Shown: positions 48,462-60,440 of the stretch, piece after piece
Position numbering within the stretch: the stretch's first letter is position 1
How the letters are laid out: each line of letters starts with the position of its first letter
Origin: Asterias rubens
Taxonomy: Eukaryota
Length of the DNA stretch: 64,000 nt
Assembly: GCF_902459465.1 (NCBI RefSeq)
Contig: NC_047064.1
Span: 22,630,001-22,694,000 of the forward strand
Reading direction: 5' to 3'
Made by a program: the position numbers and the translations under genes
The notes under the pieces: model-generated
What the model was told of the DNA's origin: nothing
The model's input: the letters and a program-made list of their open reading frames with translations, nothing else
Databases searched by the model: none

Positions 48462-49883
48462 GTAATCGATGAATTTATGAAATTTATTTCTATATTTTGT
48501 GATCATTGAGGTTTCTCGGTCCATTTAATCAAAAATAACTATTAAATTTCAATTTCACGAATCCCTCCATCAAAAACTTAATGCAGTCATGATTTCGTTC
48601 CCCACTTTAAGGTTTCGTTCCAGTCAACATGCGAGACTACATTCTCACCATTCTCCAGGTGAGCGTCTTCTACCTATTTACAATTGATGGAATCAATTGG
48701 TTGACCAACCTCTTGCTGTTGGCTTTTACGAAATACAATCTCTGCGACCTAATGAACTTAACTTATCTTATTTGACCAGTCAATGCTAAACAGTAGTGTT
48801 GAAATTGAATTACTCCTTGTGTCTGGCATCGAATGCCTATTTTTCAGCAAGCCCACCCCCCCCCCCCCCCCCCCCCCTTACGACAAAGCTAGAAACCACT
48901 CTTGGTACAAGAAGAAAACATTTAAGTTGAAAATAACTCAGGGAAGCTGAAGGTAGGATTTCTTAAAAAAAAAAACAGTCTAGATTTGCAGGATGGAGGG
49001 ATGCGACAGATCATAAAAGGGACGGTAAAAGTTGAGTTGTTAACAATTTGGCCGAGAAAACTCGCAAAGTAAAGGGTATGGTTGATTCCTGTAATGCTTA
49101 TACTGAACATGCCAAAAAAGGTTTCATAGCAAGATTTTATTTTAAACAGATCGTTGGTGTTCTTGTTTACTGTCATTAAAGTGCAACAGTCGCCCGACGG
49201 CAGACACGCACAAAAGAACAACGGACATTGCTGCAAATAACACGTATTAACATCACCTTGCCTGTTTGATGTGTTCAAATAAATAGTAAACAAATATTAC
49301 GGTTTTGTTGTTGAGCTTTCATTAAACGAACTAATTTGAACTAAAACTTCACCTGCGTAAAGGACTAGTACTTTCCTATTTTGTTCAACTTGTTCATGGG
49401 TATGACACTATTATTTTTCACATCTATCTCTGTATGTACGGCGGTCTGGGTGCGCAGCAGTTGAGTCTTATTTGGGTTGGCCATTGAAACAAAGTTTGCC
49501 ATGACCAGGCTGTCTAAGACTGCTTTAATAAATGTATTGATGTAGGTGAACAAAAGAGAGTTTGCTTGTAAAGTAGTCTTAAAATGGATCAAAGGTTCTT
49601 TTTAGCCTGAACATCTGACGTCACTCTTCGAGGCCAGCAATCGAGACTCGTGAGGATACGTCAGATACCAGCCTGACTGGATACTGGCAGATGTGGAAAG
49701 CTTACGTCACTGCACGGTTATCCAATGAAATCATTGTATCAAATTGAATAGTTGGGCATGTAATACCACCAGTGCATGTCTTTTTTCGTAGCGGATAAAG
49801 ACGGGACCATCCTAGGGCGCCCTACTTAAAGATCTTTATTGTCGTTAAAGTCAACTTGTGCCGTCCACTATTGTCTTCTTGGG

Positions 49884-50768
49884 CTAGCTATCGTGTAAAT
49901 TATCATACCCAAAGAAATTAAAATCTCTTTTAAATTTCCGGTAAATGTTATTTATATCTAGTTTTGGTATATCTTGATAGTAAAGTGCCATTTCGTTGGT
50001 GCTGTTCGTTGGGCTGCTTCCCTCGTTGCTAGGAAACGTCACAAGTTTTTCTATTTCAGCAAGTTTGAATAGGTAGTCGACGTCAGTTTGCAGTGACTCA
50101 ATTTTCCCTATGAACGTGTAGTTGATGTGACATGGGAAACACCTGTGTAGAATGGGATTCCAGTGTTGGTTTGATGACTTCGTTTTGGGATCACCAACAA
50201 ACTTCACAAAATCTGAGAAGGATATGTTGTAGTTCTCCCCTTGGTCTTTGTCTCCAGCCGTTGATTTGTTGATGTACTCTTTCACATATCGAATCCACGC
50301 ATACCAAGGGATTCGACCGTCATTTTCAGGATTGACGGCAAGTTTATTTTTAAAAGCTGAGAGTAGCCTGGAGAACGGGTTCCTAACGAATAGAAACTTG
50401 GTGTAATTGGCCAAGATGTATTGCGTATCTTGACCGTCATAGGTGTGTAGAAGTCGTAGTCTGCTCATTGCGCCTCTTTGTATGAAGGTCTGGTTCCCGA
50501 TGGATGTGTCGTCCATGATTCCCTTTAGTACCAGGAAGACTCTGATCCAACTCGTACTAGCTACCTTCGGGACGTGGCAGTAGACCAGACGATATTTATC
50601 GTCGACTATAAAATGGCTGAGAGCTCTTCTACGGATTGTGCGATTGACATCCGCGTCTCCTAAGGCCATCTTGCAACCAGCTTGTAGTTGGTGCAGACGT
50701 TGCATTTGGATGGCTGCTTGTCGTTGCATAAAGTCATCGTTGCTAGGATGACCTGTTCGGATTGGCTG
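49884..50768 (-). CDS. CHST11-like: CHST-B coding exon 3 (catalytic domain)
   Basis: Lies within ORF 49884..50882. Minus-strand acceptor tttgtgtacacag|CAG; TAG stop; AATAAA on the minus strand at 49835-49840. Confidence 0.95.
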   Translation of the reverse strand, partial: QPIRTGHPSNDDFMQRQAAIQMQRLHQLQAGCKMALGDADVNRTIRRRALSHFIVDDKYRLVYCHVPKVASTSWIRVFLVLKGIMDDTSIGNQTFIQRGAMSRLRLLHTYDGQDTQYILANYTKFLFVRNPFSRLLSAFKNKLAVNPENDGRIPWYAWIRYVKEYINKSTAGDKDQGENYNISFSDFVKFVGDPKTKSSNQHWNPILHRCFPCHINYTFIGKIESLQTDVDYLFKLAEIEKLVTFPSNEGSSPTNSTNEMALYYQDIPKLDINNIYRKFKRDFNFFGYDNLHDS

Positions 50769-53700
50769 CTGTGTACACAAATAGAAAAGTTTAAATTGGA
50801 CTTCATCAACTTTCCTTTTTGTTTGTTTTTTTAAAAACAAACAAACAAACTCCAACAAACCAACAAACAACCCAACAAACACCCAAATACCCCAACCATC
50901 ATAATATTTTTACAGTGAATGTACAATTGTGGATCTTCAACATTATTGGCCTACTTTCTATAAACTTGAAAGTAGTTTTTGCGACAAATATTTCCGTCTC
51001 AGAAATTCTGCCACAGTGCCATTTCCGCACGACATCCGATCTCGATTTATTTCACATCGGGTGCAAGAACAATCAACATTAGTCGCACTTTCTGAACGTG
51101 TACAAAAGCAAAGGCAAACTTCAAAAGGCTTTCTGTGTAACCACGTGACTATAGCTGCTTTTTATAATGTTGAGTTTCCTTAATGATTGTTTGGGATTGA
51201 TTGGGGTCCTATTGGACAAAAGGAAATGAAGATACACACAGTTAACACAAACAAACAAAGGAGCGCCCTCACTTTGTCAAATCTAGACAGGCTACTAAAA
51301 AAAAATGTTTTCTGTATCTTGAGGCAAATTAAAGTTGTGTGTTTTGTATGAATCTGATACAAAGTGTTTCTTAAAACTTGAATTGATTGTGGCTTATTGA
51401 AGTTTAGGAGGATTTGTCATCAACAATTAATCTTACACTTTGTAGAGGAACTCGACCACCCGAAGCTCCTTCTGGAGGATGGACTGGTATGCGGCGGATA
51501 TCTAGAGAATATCACGTTTAAAAATAGTAGAGAAAAACAGAATATATACCTTCACAATGACGTGTTCCATGTCAGGCGTAAAACAACAAGTTTGAGAGTC
51601 TAGCTCAAAAGCTATCTTTGCAAAACATGTTTTCACATACGACCACCCTTACCCCCCCCCCCCCCCACCACCTAGAGCCTGCAGCCTCCCATGATTGTAG
51701 TGTTATTGGGTTAGCTTGATTTACTGCAAAAATTACTCCCATACCTATTCCCCAGGGTTGTATGGTCTAAATCAAACTCGCATTCACCAGCAACAACATT
51801 GCGCAAGGGTGGTTTTTGAAACTTGAGAGGAAATCATATATAGATTATATTTATTTCTGACACAACCACAACAATTTGTATAGTTTTAAACCCTACATGC
51901 ATTGGCCGCGTAACCTTGGCTTATACCAAGAGGGCAACCATGTTTCAGGGTCTTTTTTGGCAAGGTGGATACAACTTAAAGAAGTGCATTTTTCATCGTA
52001 ATAATGTTATAGTGTTATAATGGTTAGCATTATTTTCTGATTATTAATAACAGCTTTATGAAATTTGGCCCTGCTCACTTCTGCTTAGCAGACATTGACG
52101 ATGTTTTTTTCTGCTGAAGCAACTCAATGAATTTGTGCCCAGTTTGCTCATTGATAAGAGGCCATCATGAGTCGCTAGTTTGCTCATTGATAAGAGGCCA
52201 TCATGAGTCGCTAGTTTGCTCATTGATAAGAGGCCATCATGAGTCGCTAGTTTGCTCATTGATAAGAGGCCATCATGAGTCGCTAGTTTGCTTGTTGATA
52301 AGAGGCCATCATGAGTCGCTAGTTTGCTCGTTGATAAGAGGCCATCATGAGTCGTTAAGTTTGAGCCAACCTCTAGAACTGACAAATAAGTAGGCATGCA
52401 TAATTCACATTTTACTGTAACACAGTACTCTTGTACCTGCCGGGATGAAGTTTCATAAGTCTCGAGTATGTCTTAATTTGGTATCAGGCTTCTTACTACG
52501 GCAGCTTGTGATTTTCAAATTATCTATAAAAAAAGTGATAATTTATTTCAAATATTCTTTACCCGGGAGTACTGGTAGTGTTATTATAACGAACTAATTT
52601 CACAGTGGGTGAAAATTAGTTTTAAATGATTGCTATATTGCGTGCAATGAATATAACAATGGGTAGAGGCATTATAGACTGTGCACGTCTTGCGCGTTTT
52701 CGAAATCCCGGGCGGATGTCTGAAATAAGAAATAAATATTTTAATACTTGACTTGAGAAGGTGCAACCCATATCTTTGTGACAGATCTTGTTTGGGATGT
52801 TTAACATTGTTTCAATGTTTTCAACACTTTTTTTCTGCTTTTATCATTTGAAACTGTGTACCAAATTGCCATACGGGAAAATTTACTTTCACGCATTTTT
52901 GTAAAAAAATAATTAAAAAAGATAACGGAATATTTTATTTAATAGAAAACATGTAGTCTTCGTTCAAGTTATTTCCTTCATTTTCGATACCTCTGAGACT
53001 TGCACCGTCTGCGGTGAAGTGTCAAAAGGCACACACAGTTAAACAAATCACTGTGCAATAGTTGTGATTGGCCTATTGAGTATCTAATTTGATCTGTGGG
53101 TGGATGTTTGCACGAGTTGACAAAAACCTACCTACTTGATAAGAGAAAATACAGCCTCGGTAATATGACTGAGCCGGGAGTCCGTTGAGCGGAAGTTTGA
53201 GGGGAAATGGGATAACTTGTTGTAGTTCATACAAGGAATGTATTTCTCTTAAACAAGGATGAATGAAATAGAAAGCCTCTGATTATGGAACATGATCAAT
53301 TTGATAAACCGCCGTTTAGCCTAGATTCTTGAAAAGTCAATTTTTTTCAATCGAAAGTCACCCTTATTGATTAGCGTCAGAAACTTAAGGTGCGAAGCTC
53401 CCTTTTTAGTTTTTGACTCGTTTTTTAATATTAATTCCCGTACCATTTCATTTTCTTACAAAACAACACACTTTGTGGAGTTTGTGTGTGTATAGGAGAT
53501 ACTAATTTGGATTCCTGGCTGGTCGAGTACACATTTTGCCGAAAATGTTAGTACACAAAAAGGAACAATAATCAAGGACTGGTTTGTCTTGCAGCCTCAG
53601 TTTGGCTGCAGCCTCGGTTTGGTTAAAATTGGTTTGAATGGTTATAGTTGAAAGGTCATCCCGGCAGTCTGATTATGTGAAGATTATGTGCAGAGTGGTT

Positions 53701-53846
53701 TAGTCTGGTAATGGACACTAGGGCTTACCTTCATGAGATTTAGAAATGTTGATGTTCGCCTGAATGAACAGAAAGATGACTACAGCTGAGCACAGTCCCG
53801 TGATGAGAACCATAACAAGTCGGAGGTGTCTCCCGCGTAAGAACAT
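49884..53846 (-). CDS. CHST11-like: CHST-B joined gene model: second carbohydrate sulfotransferase 11-like, 3 coding exons, 355 aa
   Basis: Exons 118+65+885 nt join in frame (intron phases 1 and 0). Anchor LVMVLITGLCSAVVIFLFI; 5'-PSB YCHVPKVASTSW; 3'-PB FVRNPFSRLLSAFKNK; HW...C.PCHINYTFIGKIESL; C-terminal DFNFFGY. Confidence 0.9.
51437..51501 (-). CDS. CHST11-like: CHST-B coding exon 2 (stem; not in the ORF track)
   Basis: Minus-strand acceptor attctctag, donor AGT|GTAAGA. The 65-nt exon converts phase 1 to phase 0 and encodes (D)IRRIPVHPPEGASGGRVPLQS. Confidence 0.75.
52141..52355. repeat. Minisatellite, 36-bp unit, 6 copies (CHST-B intron)
   Basis: (agtttgctcattgataagaggccatcatgagtcgct)6. 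Confidence 0.96.
53729..53846 (-). CDS. CHST11-like: CHST-B coding exon 1 (transmembrane anchor; not in the ORF track)
   Basis: MFLRGRHLRLVMVLITGLCSAVVIFLFIQANINISKSHE; donor G|GTAAGC, phase 1. The exon acceptor ttttgtataacag places the exon start at 53937, giving 91 nt of leader. Confidence 0.82.
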
Positions 53847-55304
53847 GATACAGATTCAGAGGGGAGACTCCGCAACTTAGAACATCAGAGGGGAAACTCC
53901 ACAGCATGGAATAGCTGTATGATGGCGACAGAATTCCCTGTTATACAAAAATGAGAATATTGGATGAGAAAATTGACATTTCACCGTGTCATGGAAAGTA
54001 GTTTGGTTTTCCCCTTAAAGTTGGATTCTGACTGTAACCCGAACGCTCCTCTCGTTGGAGCATTTTGTAGCTTGAATATTATGCTGTTATTTGCAATCCA
54101 ATCTTGTCTCGTTGCTGAGGTTAAAATGTTGACTGTAGTCAGAGATGGTCTCATATGAAATATCAACCCACTCCTCCAGATGTCAAACAGATTAAATACT
54201 TCGTAATTTTGTGCCAATCACCGTGAAGTTGACGTCTACATTTTTTTTTCATTTTGTATGAACCCTCTATAGGGGAAGTTTGCGCTTGAGTGACGCTAAT
54301 ATAAAATAATTGTATGAGATGCTCATTCTGAAAAAAAAACCCACCAAAAACAAACAAGCAATTTTAAAAGGGTAAGGTACCAATCAGTGAAATGCCATTA
54401 ACTCAGATTTCTGTTTTTAAGACAACAGTTTAAGCAATGTGCAGAATTTTGTTGAAGCGTTTCTCTTTTCGATTGGGTGCTCTGACTTGAATACTAATAT
54501 TGATGACGGCCTGTCACCATGACTTTCTCAGAGCAGTGGTCTGATCAAGTGATTGTGCAAAAGACGTCAATTTAAAAGTCCGTGAACTCATTGTGTGTAC
54601 GGGGGATGTTGCCAAGAAGTTTAATACAGACAAAAGATGAACAGTTGGAGCTCCTTGATTACAAACCAGGGACTTACAAATAGCGTCCCTGCTGGGTCAA
54701 GATCCAAAGAAGTTGACTGTCAAATTAAATGCTGCATCAATTTAAAATATTGACTTACTGAGACATCTTTGTTCTCCGATTTGACCTTATTGGCTTAAGG
54801 CCTTTTCGTAACTGCATATATTGGGCTACGGCTCAGGCTTTAGTTACCAATATAAAAAACAACAACACGCACTTCCGGTGCGGGACCCGAAAACCATTGA
54901 TTTCGAAATGGGCATGCGGCACCCGCGAACTCAGCCATGACCTTTGACCTCCTTCAGCTGTTTACATGTAAAGGTTGCTGATTGAGTAAAATAAAAAACA
55001 CTGAATACCCTGTCAATGCATAAATGAATAAATAAGTATAATAAATACAAAATAACAGTGACTATTCTTAGCGTATCTCAACTGTCTATAGGGTCACAGT
55101 CATCACACCTATACCCCGCATCATTGAATAGTCACCCTTGAAGCCCTCCGGTCATCAAATCATATCAAATCAATTTAATAAAGTCAAAGTTGGGATCGAA
55201 CTCGACACCAGCAACCTTTTCCCCTTGTGTCATCCCATCAACAACAAAAAGTACATCGACATGGATGGGAGAAAAATCGAATGGAATCTAGTGGAGGTCA
55301 CTGC

Positions 55305-55496
55305 TAGACTTGTGGACAACACCGCGATACGTCTGCTAAACCGCGTGACTTCTACTTGAGCCATAGAAAACGGTCAATCGATCGATCGTAACATTTATGT
55401 ATGGCACCATATTTTAGTCCCATATTGTACATTTCTATATGGTACAGTCACACGAGGACCGTTTACCACGACAAAAACGACTTGTCAACAAGACTA
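55305..55496. mobile_element. TA-flanked MITE, same terminus as 1417..1666
   Basis: tagacttgtggaca ... aacgacttgtcaacaagacta. Confidence 0.6.
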
Positions 55497-56468
55497 CTGG
55501 TCCTATTTGCGGTCATACTATAAAGTCTCGGTCTCGTGACCTTCACCATGGCTCCCTGCAGGTCGCTACCAGGCGATATGTCAACTGAAACTGTGTCAGA
55601 CCAGGGGCAGAGACATGCAATGTCTAGCAGAATAATTTAGATCAAACGCTCGATCCACATGTCTTTTCTTGTGTTCCGAAATGAAGAGATGCAGAGATGC
55701 AAACATTTTTGTGCGACGAAACCAAAAGCTTGAAAGTCGCCATCATACAGTAATGTTCTGTGCCTTCTTTAGATTTTACAAACGGACAAAAGGCAAAGTT
55801 TTTAAACCAACGTAACTTTTTGAGACAAATATAAAAAGACCAAAATAAAAAGACCTTTCGAGAGCAACTACTAAGCAAAACAAGAAAACTTGATCAAAAA
55901 GTATTGCAAACACTTAAAGTAAATTAACCCACCTTAAATGTGCTTTGCTCGCATTCAATTCAAAAGTGTTTTTGTATGGAAAGGGAACAGGGATTGTTTG
56001 CCATGGAGACGTACACAAGCTTCCTTATGTATAGAAACACCACTCTAGCCAGGATGTAAATTCTATTTCTAGCATAAAGCGTGTTAGCGATAATTAGGAC
56101 GAGTGACACGATACCTTCTATAACGGCGTTGGATCCGTGGCCCGCTGTAGGGCCCCAGAATAATTAATCAAAGATGCTCTCTTCTGCAACGGAGTACACC
56201 ATTTTATTAGCGTATCACACTACATTTTACACAGTTTTAATATTTTGATGTTGTTTGAATAAATATTTATTAATTGTGGCACGTGCTTCGCACAGCCCTT
56301 CCCTGATCTGCGCATCGTTAAGGAAAATAAAGATCATCTATTGCAATATTCCTATTGTTATTCCTACAGCCAATATTACTCTATTCTCCTTGATTTTTGC
56401 TCTTTTTAAGTTTACGGTTCACGGACACTAACAAGAATCACGGCTAAGGATTAAGTCTTCACACGGGC

Positions 56469-56864
56469 AGGCAGTATACACTATTGGTAATTACCCAAAA
56501 TAATTATTAGCATAAAACCTTTACTTGGTAACGAGTAATGGGTAGAGGTTGATAGTATAAAACATTGTGAGAAACGGCTCCCTCTACAGCAACGTAGTTT
56601 TCGAAAAAGAAGTAATTTTCCACGAATTTGATTTCGAGACCTCAGATTTAGAATTTGAGGTCTCGAAATCAAGCATCTGAAAGCACACAGCTTCGTGTGA
56701 CCACGGTGCGACAAGGTTGTTTTTTTCATTCATTAATATCTCGCAACTTCGACGACCGATTAAGCTCAAATTTTCACAGGTTTGTTATTTTATCCATATG
56801 TTGAGATACACCAAGTGGGAAGACTGGTTTTTAGACAATTCCCAATAGTGACCAGGGTCTTTAA
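56469..56864 (+). mobile_element. Kolobok-like ttaaaggcagtg-family MITE, near full length
   Basis: ggcagtatacactattggtaattacc ... aattcccaatagtgaccagggtctttaa; strong similarity to 9461-9837. Confidence 0.85.
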
Positions 56865-56988
56865 CCCCCCCCCCCCCCACCCCACCCCCCTAACGGCACA
56901 CAGCTCCTTAATAAAAACATCAGCTCCTTCTAAAAAGTTCATAGTCAAAAGAGGACATCTAACTGCCTAGCTGGTTGAGTAAACTTAC

Positions 56989-57140
56989 CTCGATTCATAT
57001 ATCGGGAGTCCTCCAGTTCGGATTTTTTTCTGAAAAGAGCAAACATTCTTGGCGGTTGATGATGAGCACCGTGGAGAGCCAATTGAACCGGACAATAGTT
57101 CTATCGTTGGAAGCATCACTGCACGATCTCCCCGCCCCAC
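56989..57140 (-). promoter_or_regulatory. Candidate non-coding first exon and promoter of CHST-B
   Basis: Consensus donor GAG|GTAAGT at 56988/56989 on the minus strand, with a GC box (GGGGCGGGG) near 57130-57138. The TSS is not determinable. Confidence 0.4.
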
Positions 57141-57999
57141 TACGTTCATGCACCGTTGTAAATCAAACGGCCCCAGGCTCCTTTTGACGTGTAGCTAGCT
57201 TATAAGGTACAGTATGCACGGACTTCCGTTGTTTCGCATATCAAAACACTGACATTGACCTTAGCTAGTCATGGAATTACACAGGTCTGGCTTCTAGATT
57301 TGGGTTTCTATTTCACACAAATCACAGGCAGTTGTTATCACATTACGGGGTCTGCGCGGGGAAGTCAAGGCATCATGTGAACACCGGCATTGAACAAAAC
57401 AAAATAACAGTTTAGTATTGTTTTGGTCAACATTTCCGAATCCTTTGCTTAATTTTTGTGTGTGTCAAGTAATATTTCTGATCACGATTGTTACCCTTAG
57501 CAACATGTGGCGAGTTATTTTTTTTTATTACTAGTTGAATGCACCAAGCTATAACTTGATAACCGTTTTGACTTCGCTGTAGCGGCTGTTTCTGGTCAGA
57601 GACTACACCTACAAAAGGTCGATGACTGGCATTTCTGACACCGATCGGTAGGGGGCGTTTTTCATTGGCGGTCTCACATCAGAGCCAATTTTAATTTTGA
57701 CGGTACTGAGAAGAATAATCTTGAAGCTTGTGATTGGTTTAGGTTTAAGGGGGTAGTTACTGTTTTACGTTTTTCTTGTCATTATTTTCATTTAAACTTG
57801 CTAATTATGTAAACATGTTATTGGTGTTAAAACAGCTTACCCGTGTTATCATAAACATACGAATTAAAGACGTTGCCATAAATAAATATAAACACCTATT
57901 CATTTGATCAAATATTGCTAAAACCATTTCAACTTATTAGGAGTGTGCATTTACCATCCAGCAAAGCACGCAGGTTGTTAATCATTCACATCAATCATC

Positions 58000-58115
58000 T
58001 TTACCCTCGCAGGTACCCATTCACTCCTGGATGACGGGAAGCAATGACGGTAGTGTCTTGCCCAGGGATTCAACAATCTTGACTGGGATTCGAACCCACT
58101 CCACACCGAAACACC
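58000..58115 (-). mobile_element. tRNA-derived SINE remnant
   Basis: B-box GGGTTCGAATCCC on the minus strand (58085-58097), next to a CORE-like gtgtcttgcccaggg segment and caggtacccatt. Confidence 0.55.
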
Positions 58116-60406
58116 AATACGATAAATTCAATGCCATATATAAACCAATCGGCATCAAACATTTCAGACATACATAGGTTCCCCTGGGCGATTGGACTGC
58201 AGTTAAAAATAATTATTATATAAATACTCTTCCGGGTCGAAATGTACAGATGTCACCCGCTGTTACCTCGACGCCTGGATATATTTTGCGGTCTTATGTT
58301 GCTGTTTTCTCAACAAGTAGCAGACATAAGAACAACCTAAAATGTTTACCGGCGATTTTTGTTACACCTTTCTTGATAATGTGCCTATAATCAGCATGAC
58401 ATTGATGAAAAGAACAATCTAAAGAGAGATGTTCTCAATTTAACCCGCCTTGAGGAACTTTTCCAAAGAAATTGCACCCCCCTCCCCGTTGCAATTAGTT
58501 TCACCATGTATAATTAATTAGCATCTATTTCCACTCTATGAAGCCCAAAATCTGCTCACGCGTCGGCCGAAGCGTATCGTCACCTCCACCTGCATAAAAC
58601 AAATCTCTCTCCATGTAGTTATATTTATGCACGACCACGTTGACTTCACAATAAGAGCGCTCTTTAAGTGTTGGCAATACTTTGGTTTTCTCGAACTAAT
58701 AATCATCGACAAAGTATTTCTTTGTCTTACTCGTGTCGGCAGTGGCTTCACACCATATCATGTTGATCTGTGGAGTTTAACTTGTCTGATGAGGCCTTAT
58801 GATCTTCTCCCTGCATCAGGGTATCGCCTTTGCTTTTAATAAAGACAGTGTGTAGGCCAACAGTTGGTCATTTCTCCACAAGTTTAATGCCCATAAAAAA
58901 CGGACTTTGTTAAAGAGAACTATGGAAAGCTGTTGGTAATTAGCCTAATTTTGTTTTTAGAAACTATCTCCAAAATAGCTCTAGAGAATAATGCTTGATT
59001 CGACCCAAACATCATCTGAATTATAGCCTTTCTCATCTGAAAGGTACAATTCCATGCAAACTGGTGTTTTCATCTTTCAATATTTTCTTGCAACTTCGAT
59101 ATTAACCAGTTGAGCTGAAATGTCCACAGATTTATTGTTTTATGTTGGGATACACCAAGTGGAGATATGCATATAAATACTGGTCTTTAACAATTACCCA
59201 AGGAAAACCCTGCCTTTAAGCAGTCGATTACTAAGTCTCGCCCTCTTGGTTTGGTGAATACGATAGAATACCTCATGAGGTCGAGGTAATTGTCTTATAA
59301 TGATAGAACGAAAGATGAGGTGTTGACTTTGTAATTTGTAGACCGTGCGCCTTTCGAAACATGCTTCCGCAAGGCGCTGCTTTTAACGGACCTTTATTCG
59401 TGATGCCGCCATATCGGTCGCGCTTCCTGTCTACTACAGCAACAGACCAACACTGGTTCCCCTGTACAAACAGGGGGTCAGTCTTTTTCTGCCTATGGTA
59501 TCTTAAGTTATTTTGAAAAGGTGTTTTAAAGGGAAACACAATGGCCACAGCATATATAGCTCCAGACTCCGCAAGGCTTGCGCGTTTTCAATGGTAGAGT
59601 GTGATTTTCAATCCATTATATCGGAGTTTAGGAGAAACGCACTCTTCATATGGAATGCCATATACACGAGACTCGGAACAGGAATATAACGTTGCAACTT
59701 AGAATGTAGAATGCCTAAATAACTGTTGCTTGTACCTCCCTGCGGATCGTGTAATTAGTTGTTCCAGCCTGTGGATTTGTGTAAAGACATTTTTGAAGAA
59801 GGGGAACACGTGCCATGATCCTAATGCTAAATCGACAAGGTTTACTTTGCCTACTTCAACCATAGAGCAAGGAACAGAAGGAGTTACAACTCCAGTCTTA
59901 ATCCCCGAAGCTCAAATTAATCCGATTAGTGCTGCATCCACCTCCAGTGGAAACACTATGGATGTGAACCGCAGCGCCTGTAAAAGGCTGTACACATTCC
60001 GACTGCAGCGAGCTTTTTGTACCCCATGTGTGTTACCGCCTTTCGCTGCCGTAGCTGGTATCACGTCGTTTTCCATTCATAATTATTGGAGTGGTAAAGT
60101 AGCAACACACAAGTTCAACGCGTGCGCAGTAAACAATGTCACCTACGTTGCATGCGCACAATGCTACATTAGAAACTGTAGACTTTGAGCTTTTGACTGA
60201 ATTTTGAAGCATACAAATCGGCCTTTCCTGTGATGAATTATGACATTTGTTATGAAATGTGGTATTGATTGTTTTATCATGAAAAGAATGTCGGTGGTCT
60301 CCGGCTGTTGAAAACGAAATGAGATTGTTTGCTTTTCCTAGCGGGGGATATAGATTTGAACGGTATACACAATTATACACAAACTGAAAAAGGGGAATAT
60401 AAAATG

Positions 60407-60440
<34 letters not shown>

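Noticed and set aside
49884-50882. ORF-track start at 50882 for CHST-B (likewise 31882 for CHST-A)
   Set aside because: These N-termini are intronic, low-complexity or polypyrimidine sequence; the true exons begin at the acceptors at 50768 and 31933.
927-52355. Tandem arrays as CRISPR loci
   Set aside because: Units are head-to-tail with no unique spacers, there are no cas genes, and the context is eukaryotic.
55138-55359. ORF with faint resemblance to a Polinton minor capsid C-terminus (D.DGR.I...EVT.RL)
   Set aside because: The RLVD part is encoded by the terminus of the MITE starting at 55305, and no other Polinton genes are nearby.
56989-57149. 54-codon minus-strand frame as a coding first exon of CHST-B
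   Set aside because: Spliced to 53937 it ends at a TAA before the anchor-coding ATG, so at most it is a uORF.
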